Made by a program: the position numbers and the translations under genes. From an uncultured Clostridia bacterium (GTDB lineage: Bacteria > Bacillota > Clostridia > Christensenellales > UBA1242): a stretch of DNA of 64,000 nucleotides. The notes under the pieces are model-generated. The model ran no database searches, was not told the origin of the DNA, and saw only the letters and a program-made list of their open reading frames with translations. The stretch covers positions 129,663 to 193,662 of the forward strand of contig CAKNRR010000002.1 of assembly GCA_930990975.1 (NCBI GenBank). The letters are read 5' to 3'. Numbering within the stretch: position 1 is the stretch's first letter; each line of letters opens with the position of its first letter. Below, one piece after another: positions 1 through 7,580 of the stretch.

Positions 1-1146
1 GGTGTAACTACACGATTCTACCTTGATGGCACAAAAATTCTTGCACAAAGCAATGGAAATATGCTGGCATTCCATTATGGCAGCGAAGGTATTATTGGTT
101 TCACCTATCAAGGCATTGGAGAATATTATTATAAAAAGAACATTTTTGGTGATATTATAGGCATTATAGATGCAAATGGTACTGAAATTGTCAAATATGT
201 TTATGATGCTTGGGGAAATCATAAAATTGAATATTTAGATAATAGCGAACAAAAATCAAAATTTGTTGCAATTGATTCTAATTTATGGTATAATGCAAGT
301 GACTCTAACAATAAGACTATTGCTATAATAAATCCATTTCGTTATCGTAGTTATTACTATGATGTTGAAACTGGACTATATTATCTCAATTCAAGATATT
401 ATGATCCTGAAACTGGAAGATTTATAAATGCAGATGATATCTCTGTATTGTCAGAAGGTAAAGATTTCTTCAACGGATTAAATCTCTATGCTTATTGCGG
501 TAATAACCCAATAAATAATACTGATGAAAGCGGAGAATCTTGGTGGGATTGGTTAATATCAATTTTTGTCGCAGTTGTTGTTATTGTTGCAGTTGTAGCA
601 GTTTCTGTATTAACTGCAGGCATAGGAACTGCAGTTGCTGGTGCACTTGGCGGTGGGGTTGCCGCAACAATCTTCGGCAGTGCGGTTGGTGGTGCCATAA
701 CAGGAACTATAACTGGAGCAATAATGAGTTTTGGTATAAGTGTGATTCAACAAGGGATTTCTAATGGATATGGTAATATCAATTGGGGTCAAGTAGGAAT
801 TAACACTTTAATTGGTGCAGCTTCAGGGTTCGTGTCTGGTGCAATATTTGGAGCAATTAGTGGTACTGTAAAAATTATGAATGCCGCAAAAGCATGGGCT
901 CCAACATCTAAAAAGTCAGCTCTTAAAGTTATGAGTGAGCATTATAAAAATCATGTAATTAATGAAGGACAGCAATATATAGTTAAAAATATTTTAAATT
1001 ATACTAAACAAGCAAAAGCCTTTTATATAGCTAATATCAGTAGTGGTTATCGTATAGGTGTTAACGCTATAAAAATAGCTGGTGCACCAGGTGGAATATT
1101 CACAATGGATGGTTTGATAAAATCATTTTGGTACATATTACGATAA
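1..1146 (+). CDS. RHS/YD-repeat (WapA-like) polymorphic toxin, 3' part only (5' end lies off-window)
   Basis: Frame 1 is open from nt 1. Translation shows the end of an RHS core: YVYDAWGNH, NPFRYRSYYYDVETGLYYLNSRYYDPETGRFINADD, then NLYAYCGNNPINNTDESGE (a variant of the RHS core-end PxxxxDPxGL motif, nt ~478-540). A Gly/Ala/Ile-rich hydrophobic segment follows (nt ~541-880), then a unique ~90-aa tip. Confidence 0.85.
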   Translation, partial: GVTTRFYLDGTKILAQSNGNMLAFHYGSEGIIGFTYQGIGEYYYKKNIFGDIIGIIDANGTEIVKYVYDAWGNHKIEYLDNSEQKSKFVAIDSNLWYNASDSNNKTIAIINPFRYRSYYYDVETGLYYLNSRYYDPETGRFINADDISVLSEGKDFFNGLNLYAYCGNNPINNTDESGESWWDWLISIFVAVVVIVAVVAVSVLTAGIGTAVAGALGGGVAATIFGSAVGGAITGTITGAIMSFGISVIQQGISNGYGNINWGQVGINTLIGAASGFVSGAIFGAISGTVKIMNAAKAWAPTSKKSALKVMSEHYKNHVINEGQQYIVKNILNYTKQAKAFYIANISSGYRIGVNAIKIAGAPGGIFTMDGLIKSFWYILR

Positions 1147-1168
1147 AATCAAATAATAGGAGAATTTT

Positions 1169-1504
1169 ATGAAACTTAGTAAATGTGAAAAAGAGATTTT
1201 AAACTGTTTTAAAGAAACTTTAATTCCATCTTTTATAAAGATTGAAAATATTAAAGGGTTGGATTTAATGTTGTGTTATGAAGAACTCCGAAATCAAATT
1301 TATAATTTAGAAAATGGTTATAGGATAGATACTAAAAATGATTCTTGGAATGAGGATAAAAACTTTATTTTTGATGGTAAGTATGAGAAAGTTTTGCTTA
1401 ACATAGTTTCGACTTCAAATGATATAAAGCTTAAGTTTCATTGTTTACTATCCTTATTAGTACTTCAAATTTTACAAGATCATATAAATAAAGATTTACC
1501 ATAA
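1169..1504 (+). CDS. putative cognate immunity protein of the RHS C-terminal toxin
   Basis: 111-aa ORF 22 nt after the toxin stop with its own SD (taggag, 7 nt before the ATG). No TM segment and no family I recognise. The call rests on the classic toxin-immunity position only. Confidence 0.5.
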   Translation: MKLSKCEKEILNCFKETLIPSFIKIENIKGLDLMLCYEELRNQIYNLENGYRIDTKNDSWNEDKNFIFDGKYEKVLLNIVSTSNDIKLKFHCLLSLLVLQILQDHINKDLP

Positions 1505-1762
1505 TAAAATAAATGTATTATGAAAATGAGAATTGATTTTAATAAAGGGGTAAATTTTTGGGGTAACTGACAAAAATTTAGAAAATTTGATAAAATATAA
1601 ATATAAGTTTCATAACAAAATTACAGATATTTCTATATTGAATAAAAATCAGCATGAATTATTACTTCATTAAAACTTGATAAAATTAGTATTTAGCATC
1701 TATAAAGCTGTATTTTTAATCAAACAAGAAAATACTAGGTAAAAAGCCTAGTATTCAGACTG

Positions 1763-1789
1763 AACAACCTCTTTAAGAGGTTGTTTTTT
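1763..1789 (+). terminator. rho-independent terminator after immunity gene 1
   Basis: Hairpin aacaacctc-tttaa-gaggttgtt followed by a T-run. Nearly the same stem recurs at 3257-3279. Confidence 0.6.
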
Positions 1790-1827
1790 ATTGACATTAC
1801 AATATCAATAACTGAGAAAATTTAAAA

Positions 1828-2772
1828 ATGGCACTTGACAACTGTGGAAATCACAAAACCTATATTTTGAATGATGGCATATTCGTTGACATTTCTCTTC
1901 AATCGAGTTATACTCAAAGTGGGTTAAATAACAAGGCTATTGCCCTACTCAATCCTTTCCGTTATCGTGGTTATTACTATGATGTTGAAACTGGACTATA
2001 TTATCTCAATTCAAGATATTATGACCCTGAAATCGGTAGATTTATTAATGCAGATGATATTTCTATTCTTGCAGAAGGAAAAGATTTCTTCAACGGATTA
2101 AATCTATATATTTATTGTTTTAATAATCCTGTACTTGGTTCTGACGAAAATGGAGATATACCAGATTGGTTGAAATGGCTAATTACAGGTATTGTAGCTA
2201 TAGCGACCGTTGCTTTAGTTGTAGTAATAACTATTGCCACAGCTGGTATAGCAACTGCTGTAGGTAGTGCATTGGGTGGTGGAATTGCTGCAAGCATTTT
2301 TGGAGGTGCTGTCGGAGGGGCTATTACCGGTGCATTAACTGGATTTGTTATGGGAGCGGGTATAAATATTATATCTCAAGGACTTAGCCAAGGATATGAA
2401 AATATAGATTGGTCTAAGGTTGGTATGGAAGGTTTAATTGGTGCTGGAATTGGAGCTCTTTCTGGAGCTATATTTGGAGCAGTTGGGAAAACTTTAGGAT
2501 TACTGGGGAAAACTCAATGGGCTCAAAGAGTAATTCCAAATTTAAAAAATAGCAAAGTTGCATTTATGTTTGGATCCAAATCTGGAAGTTTTACTTTCTT
2601 TCGCTTTGGAAGTGGCAATGGTTTCTTTAGACTTGAAGCAAGCCTTGCTCATGGTTTACATTTTCATGCTGGACTAACTCGTGCTGCTCTTACAATTCCA
2701 CGAACTGGATTACTTACTACAATTTGGAATGCAATTGCTGTTTTGGGTTCATATTTTGGAAGGAATAAATAA
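1828..2772 (+). CDS. orphan RHS C-terminal toxin cassette (core-end homology + Gly-zipper segment + different tip)
   Basis: nt 1951-2100 align colinearly with nt 331-480 of the main gene (56/60 identities for 1981-2040 vs 361-420, 52/60 for the next 60 nt, by my count). Same core-end motif (NLYIYCFNNPVLGSDENGD) and the same Gly-zipper segment (~60% aa identity by eye). The last ~90 aa are unrelated. The ATG at 1828 has no SD. Confidence 0.75.
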   Translation: MALDNCGNHKTYILNDGIFVDISLQSSYTQSGLNNKAIALLNPFRYRGYYYDVETGLYYLNSRYYDPEIGRFINADDISILAEGKDFFNGLNLYIYCFNNPVLGSDENGDIPDWLKWLITGIVAIATVALVVVITIATAGIATAVGSALGGGIAASIFGGAVGGAITGALTGFVMGAGINIISQGLSQGYENIDWSKVGMEGLIGAGIGALSGAIFGAVGKTLGLLGKTQWAQRVIPNLKNSKVAFMFGSKSGSFTFFRFGSGNGFFRLEASLAHGLHFHAGLTRAALTIPRTGLLTTIWNAIAVLGSYFGRNK

Positions 2773-2808
2773 AAGTTACATATTCTTATTATAAGGGAGA
2801 TTAATATA

Positions 2809-3201
2809 ATGAAAAATGGATTTATAGAAAACCTTTCTGAGTTGTACACAGAATTATCAAATCTTACAAAAACAAATATGGACATTTCTTGCTGTGAAAA
2901 TAAACGAATACTTATTTACTTCCACAAAAATTTTGTAATGGACATCACTTTTAATGACAAATTAGGTCTATTTAGCATATATATTAATTCAATATTTTTG
3001 TCAGTTGTTGAAGCACAAGACATCACAGAATACTTATTTGAAATTATAAAAGATTCAATTATTATTCAAAATAAAAAAATTACTTTTACTAAAAAACCCT
3101 TCAAAATTATTCCGAGAGAATCCTTCATATTAAGAAATTGGAATAATAAGAGAAATATCAAAGTTTTCACTAGTGAAACAACTTTATTGGATAATTTTTA
3201 A
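2809..3201 (+). CDS. putative immunity protein of the orphan toxin
   Basis: 130-aa soluble ORF 36 nt after the orphan toxin stop, with an SD (gggag). Unrelated to immunity candidate 1. Call is positional. Confidence 0.5.
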   Translation: MKNGFIENLSELYTELSNLTKTNMDISCCENKRILIYFHKNFVMDITFNDKLGLFSIYINSIFLSVVEAQDITEYLFEIIKDSIIIQNKKITFTKKPFKIIPRESFILRNWNNKRNIKVFTSETTLLDNF

Positions 3202-3256
3202 TCTTATAAACTTTCCATTTATTTATTTATTGTTTCTTTATTTTTAAAGTATTATA

Positions 3257-3281
3257 AACAACCTCGTTTTGAGGTTGTTTT
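3257..3281 (+). terminator. terminator-like hairpin after immunity gene 2
   Basis: aacaacctc-gtttt-gaggttgtt, the same stem as at 1763-1785. The T-tail is short (tt then g). Confidence 0.45.
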
Positions 3282-3335
3282 GAAAATAATATATTTACAA
3301 TCTGAACTACACCATACAAAAACGGTCATTTTTAA

Positions 3336-4037
3336 AATATTAAAGAAAGTTTAAAATATTCATATGACCAAAACGGTAACATTATAAAAGTATTTGAAAA
3401 TGGTGAACTTATTCAAAGTTTTGAATATGATGGTATATCAAGGCTTATCAGAGAAAACAATAAAAAATTAAACAAAACCACTACTTTTGAATATGATGCT
3501 GGTGGTAACATTATCAGAAAAATTGAGTATGGTTATACAACAGTTGCTAGTGACAATCTTTCTGGTGGATCTGTTATACCATACACATACCCTACTTCTG
3601 GATGGAGAGACCAACTGTTATCATACAATTATGAAACTTTTGAGTATGATATTCTTGGTAACCCACTCACCTATCGCAATAACGATTTGTCTTGGTCTCA
3701 TGGTAGACAACTTGATAGGTTTAATGACATAACATATAAATATAATGCTGATGGTATCCGAACTAGCAAGACTATAAATGGTGTAACAACACAATATTAT
3801 CTTGACGGAACCAAGATTCTTGCACAAAGTGACGGCAATATGTTACTCTTCCACTATGGTAATGAAGGTGTTGTAGGATTCACTTATCAAGGCGTTGGAG
3901 AATATTATTATAAAAAGAACATTTTTGGCGATGTAATTGGAATTATCGACAATAATGGACAAGAAATTGCAAAATATGTGTATGATGCTTGGGGAAACCA
4001 TAAAATTGAATATTTAGATAATAGCGAACAAAGCTAA
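3336..4037 (+). pseudogene. RHS core fragment, truncated at both ends (no start codon, no toxin tip)
   Basis: Open frame from the stop at 3333-3335 to the stop at 4035-4037, with no ATG/GTG before the TTG at 3687. It reads YD repeats: YSYDQNGNIIKVFENGELIQSFEYDGISRLIRENNKKLNKTTTFEYDAGGNII...YKYNADGIRTSKTINGVTTQYYLDGTKILAQ...YVYDAWGNHKIEYLDNSEQS*. nt 3780-4032 are colinear with nt 1-253 of the window. Homology stops at 4033, just before the stop codon at 4035-4037. Confidence 0.75.
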
Positions 4038-4071
4038 TGATATATTAAAATTATTTATTAAATATAATTTA

Positions 4072-4100
4072 AGCAACTTCTAATTTGAAGTTGCTTTTTT
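4072..4100 (+). terminator. rho-independent terminator
   Basis: agcaacttc-taattt-gaagttgct followed by tttttt. Confidence 0.6.
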
Positions 4101-4129
4101 GTAAAATCTATAAAAAATATTATCAATTT

Positions 4130-4210
4130 TTAGCGAAAGTTAGAAAAATTTAGAAATTTTTCCATTTATAATTTAAATATAGGAGGTAAAAATATGTAAA
4201 TTCGAATTAA
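4130..4210 (+). repeat. leader repeat copy A (phased TTAG units, decoy SD, start-stop mini-ORF) upstream of 4238..4840
   Basis: TTAG begins at 4130, 4140 and 4150 (exact 10-nt phasing). The block ttagaaaaatttagaaatttttccatttataatttaa...aggaggtaaaaatat recurs at 4901-4970 (first 37 nt identical, ~90% overall by my count). A strong SD aggaggt (4181-4187) is followed 6 nt later by ATG-TAA (4194-4199). Confidence 0.7.
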
Positions 4211-4237
4211 AAAGTCAAATAAATAAAAGGAGCAATT

Positions 4238-4840
4238 ATGGAAAAAAACTATACAGAAACTTTAGCAGCAATGAAATCTGCTTTAATCAGCACTATTTAC
4301 CCTGTTGGTGCAATTTATATTACAACCAATTCAATAAATCCTGGGGAATTATTTGGTGGGACATGGGAAGCCTATGCCGAAGGCAGAACCATTATTGGAA
4401 ATGGAACAATAGAAAATAGAAATTTCATAGCAGGGGCAACTGGTGGAGCGTGTGCTCACCTGCTTACCATTAACGAACTTCCATCCCACACCCACACTCA
4501 AGAGCCACATACCCATATTGGAGACAATAAATCCTTTAGTTTTTGGTTTAACCAATTTCAACACTCAACCAAAAATCAACCAGATAAAACTTTTGAAAAT
4601 AATGGATGTTTTAACAATAATGAAAATCTAAATGTACATCTTTCTCAAGACAATTATGTAAACGATACAGATGCAATTGGTAATGGTTCTAATTGGGGAC
4701 ATAGAAAAATTAGTGTTAAGTGGGATGATAAACCCGAAATACAAAAAACTACTGTAACAAATAATAATACTGGAGGAGGAATGCCTCATGATATATTACA
4801 ACCTTATATAGTTACATATATTTGGCATAGAGTCGCTTAA
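4238..4840 (+). CDS. stand-alone phage tail-fibre/baseplate receptor-binding-type domain protein (tail-collar-like)
   Basis: Motif series PVGAIYITTNSINPGELFGGTWE, TGGACAHLLTINELPSHTHT..PHTH, GGGMPHDILQPYIVTYIWHRV. The same series occurs in the C-terminal ~190 aa of ORF 5665..7065. SD aaaggag lies 6 nt upstream. Confidence 0.75.
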   Translation: MEKNYTETLAAMKSALISTIYPVGAIYITTNSINPGELFGGTWEAYAEGRTIIGNGTIENRNFIAGATGGACAHLLTINELPSHTHTQEPHTHIGDNKSFSFWFNQFQHSTKNQPDKTFENNGCFNNNENLNVHLSQDNYVNDTDAIGNGSNWGHRKISVKWDDKPEIQKTTVTNNNTGGGMPHDILQPYIVTYIWHRVA

Positions 4841-4890
4841 TATAAATACAAATAAAAAACATCACTCTTGATATTTATAATTACCATTAA

Positions 4891-4970
4891 TTAGTAGAAA
4901 TTAGAAAAATTTAGAAATTTTTCCATTTATAATTTAATTAAAGGAGGTAAAAATATATAATTTCAATTAA
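4891..4970 (+). repeat. leader repeat copy B upstream of 5013..5663
   Basis: TTAG begins at 4891, 4901 and 4911 (10-nt phasing). Same block as 4140-4210. The SD aggagg (4942-4947) is kept, but the mini-ORF start is ATA (4955-4957) followed by TAA. Confidence 0.7.
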
Positions 4971-5012
4971 TCTTGGAATATATAAAAGTCGAAACAAAAA
5001 TAAGGAGAAAAT

Positions 5013-5663
5013 ATGGATAATGAATTATTTGAATTGATTAAGTACATATCTATAGAATCATTATGTATCGCTGTAATAGCATTTGCACTAACAATGTTAA
5101 TAAAATGGCCAATCAAAAAATTTACTTCCAAATTAAGTGAAGAAAAGCGCCGCGCAGTAAATATCGTTATTATGTTTATTCCTGGTTTAATATCGGTTAT
5201 AATATCTTTGTTTTACTATGGCATATTTAAATCTAATTGGGCTACTATGTCTATATTAAATACTGGTCTTAGTGCATGGATAATTTCACTTACAATCTAT
5301 GCTATATATGAAAGAATAGTAACAATTATTAAAGCAATTAAATCAGGAAAACTTGAAATTAACAGCGAACTTGCTAGCGAAACAATTAACTATTTAAAAT
5401 CTAATTTAAAAAATTTGAATTCATCTTTAAAGGAAAAAGAAAAAACTTTAAAAAATATCTCAGACAAATTAAAATCGTTAAACCAAATTAAAATCATACT
5501 AGAATCTAATGTTTCGAACAAAGATATTGCGAAACTGTCTGATACAAACATTGAAATTCAAAAAATGACAAACGAAGAAAATATACTTCAAAGTGAAATA
5601 AATGAAACTAAATCACAAATTAAAAATTACACTGCAAAACTTTATGTAAAAAAAGGAGAATAA
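5013..5663 (+). CDS. membrane protein: three predicted TM helices plus ~100-aa coiled-coil tail (holin-like topology, unassigned)
   Basis: Hydrophobic helices at aa ~15-35, 48-72 and 80-100. The remainder is a K/E/N/S-rich heptad-like sequence. SD aaggag upstream. Its stop codon is 1 nt before the ATG of the next gene. No family recognised by eye. Confidence 0.55.
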   Translation: MDNELFELIKYISIESLCIAVIAFALTMLIKWPIKKFTSKLSEEKRRAVNIVIMFIPGLISVIISLFYYGIFKSNWATMSILNTGLSAWIISLTIYAIYERIVTIIKAIKSGKLEINSELASETINYLKSNLKNLNSSLKEKEKTLKNISDKLKSLNQIKIILESNVSNKDIAKLSDTNIEIQKMTNEENILQSEINETKSQIKNYTAKLYVKKGE

Positions 5664-5664
5664 G

Positions 5665-7065
5665 ATGGAATTTAAAGATAGAAAAGGTAAAAACCTTAAT
5701 AGAAAAAAATTAAAAATAATAAGTCAAACCCCTACCGAACTTATAGTTGATATGGAGCGTTTTGATGAAGTTGAAGAAGAAGGAACCAAAATTGATGCTA
5801 GTGTTTTTAACACCTTTCAGTCAGAAATTTCTATATCAAACAATAACTCAAGTAAAGCTATTTCTATTGCTAATTCTGCAAAAAATGAATCATCACAGGC
5901 TAAAGAAGAATCTGCAACTGCTTTATCCATTGTCAATTCAGCTGATTCGAAATCTTCGCAAGCACTTGAAAATTCCAATGTAGCAAATATAAAAGCTAAT
6001 GATGCTATTGAAAAATCTAACACGGCTATGGCTACTGCGAATAATGCTAATTCAAAATCAGATTCTGCTATATCTGCCGCAAATATCGCTAAGTCAGAAT
6101 CAGAAACTGCAAATACAAATTCTAGTACTGCTTTAACAAATTCTCAAAATGCTATTCAAACTGCAACATCTGCTAATACAACGGCTAATACAGCCCTTTC
6201 AAACTCTAACATTGCGATTGAGACTGCAAACAATGCTAAAACAATTGCCGAAACTGTAAAAAATGAGTTGGCGGATAGAGGAGCAACAGTATATTTTGGC
6301 ACTGAGCCTCAATCATCTGTTGTATTTGATTCTAACCCACAAAATCAACTAAATAATAAAGTAGAAAAGGCAAAATCTTTACAAAATACGATCTCCGATG
6401 ACGATTTTCTTATTGTTCAACAAAAAAACTCAAGTGAAAATTATAACATTTCACTAAACACTCTAAAATCTACAATATTAAATGCCACATTTCCAGTTGG
6501 TGCCATATACCTTTCTACTAATTCTACGAACCCTGGAAATATATTTGGTGGTTCTTGGGAGCAAATTCAAGATAAATTTTTGTTATCAGCAGGATCAACA
6601 TATATTGCAGGTTCTACAGGTGGAGAAGCAACTCACACTTTAACAACTAACGAAATGCCATCACACTTACATAATAACACAATTGAAATAAGTGCAGAAC
6701 AGGATTCACATAAGCATCGTATTTTAACGTATACAGGACACACAAGAAATAGTATAAGTAATATGTATTCCCCTTGCAGTGGTTCTTCTAATTTGGCTAA
6801 ATATTGGGGAATTGTTGGAAATGGCGGAAATAGCAGTGTGGACAATTTAGCCAATTCTCAACAAGCAATAGCGGAAAACTCATGTGGATATTCAGAATAT
6901 GCAAGGAATGGTGCCAGTGGTAATAATACTAAAGCAATTGTTGAGTCCACTAAACCTAATATTACAGTAAATTACAACTACACAAATATGGAATCAGGTG
7001 GTGGGCAAGCTCATAATAATATGCCACCGTATTTAGTTGTGTATGTATGGAAAAGGATAGCATAG
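5665..7065 (+). CDS. phage tail fibre protein (XkdV-like N-terminus, Ala/Ser/Asn repeat shaft, receptor-binding-type C-terminus)
   Basis: The N-terminus KDRKGKNLNRKKLKIISQTPTELIVDMERFDEVEEEGTKIDASVFN resembles the conserved N-terminal anchor of PBSX XkdV-type fibres (recollection, not searched). aa ~60-200 are ANSAxxxSxxA-type repeats. The C-terminus has PVGAIYLSTNSTNPGNIFGGSWE, TGGEATHTLTTNEMPSHLH and GGGQAHNNMPPYLVVYVWKRI. Confidence 0.8.
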   Translation: MEFKDRKGKNLNRKKLKIISQTPTELIVDMERFDEVEEEGTKIDASVFNTFQSEISISNNNSSKAISIANSAKNESSQAKEESATALSIVNSADSKSSQALENSNVANIKANDAIEKSNTAMATANNANSKSDSAISAANIAKSESETANTNSSTALTNSQNAIQTATSANTTANTALSNSNIAIETANNAKTIAETVKNELADRGATVYFGTEPQSSVVFDSNPQNQLNNKVEKAKSLQNTISDDDFLIVQQKNSSENYNISLNTLKSTILNATFPVGAIYLSTNSTNPGNIFGGSWEQIQDKFLLSAGSTYIAGSTGGEATHTLTTNEMPSHLHNNTIEISAEQDSHKHRILTYTGHTRNSISNMYSPCSGSSNLAKYWGIVGNGGNSSVDNLANSQQAIAENSCGYSEYARNGASGNNTKAIVESTKPNITVNYNYTNMESGGGQAHNNMPPYLVVYVWKRIA

Positions 7066-7075
7066 GAGGTAAATT

Positions 7076-7486
7076 ATGAAAATATATAATGCTGACAAAA
7101 CACGCATATTAAATGAAACAGAAATTGACACATCAAAAGGATGTATAATTGATGATAAAATTTTAGTTGGAAAAACTGAAAATTCTTATAATATTGAAGA
7201 AATTCCTAATGGTCGCAAAGTAACATTCAAACCTGAACAAAATATATATGAAAATATAAAAGTTTACATACCATATTCAAAGCAAAGTTCTATCCTAGAT
7301 CAAATAGAAGAACTTGAAGATTGGTTTAATATATATTATAGACATTGGTTTGAAAAATGTTCTAGGAAAATAGCGATTGGCGCTACTTTAAGTGACGGTA
7401 CAGATCCTAATGTCAAACTAAAAGAATTATACATGATAGCAGAAAATAAGGCTCAACTTTTGCATAATTTAAGACTACAACTATAA
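7076..7486 (+). CDS. small phage protein downstream of tail fibre (XkdW-like position; possible fibre accessory/chaperone)
   Basis: 136-aa ORF with a strong SD (taggaggt) 10 nt after the fibre stop. Assignment is by position and size only. Confidence 0.45.
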   Translation: MKIYNADKTRILNETEIDTSKGCIIDDKILVGKTENSYNIEEIPNGRKVTFKPEQNIYENIKVYIPYSKQSSILDQIEELEDWFNIYYRHWFEKCSRKIAIGATLSDGTDPNVKLKELYMIAENKAQLLHNLRLQL

Positions 7487-7543
7487 TATAATTCTATTAT
7501 CAATCAAGTTTAATTCTTTAAAAATTTTCAAAATAAATAGATC

Positions 7544-7578
7544 AAAAAACTTCTGTTAAATATACACAGAAGTTTTTT
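7544..7578. terminator. bidirectional terminator between the tail-fibre module and rarA
   Basis: A-run, stem aacttctgt / acagaagtt, T-run. It lies between convergent genes. Confidence 0.7.
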
Positions 7579-7580
7579 CA

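Noticed and set aside
492-792. Four overlapping ORFs on both strands at 492-792, and 2112..2297 (-).
   Set aside because: These are artefacts of the GC-richer Gly/Ala-codon stretch encoding the glycine zipper. Only the RHS frame is continuous with the conserved core.
3487-3732. ORF 3487..3732 (+) and ORF 3621..3827 (-).
   Set aside because: They are in the wrong frame or strand across the RHS core fragment. The frame starting at 3336 gives perfect YD-repeat sequence.
5830-6260. Apparent tandem repetition in the DNA (gctaat / aattc / gcaa periodicity).
   Set aside because: It is the coding image of the Ala/Ser/Asn repeat shaft of the tail fibre. The frame stays open and no exact DNA unit repeats, so it is neither a satellite nor CRISPR.
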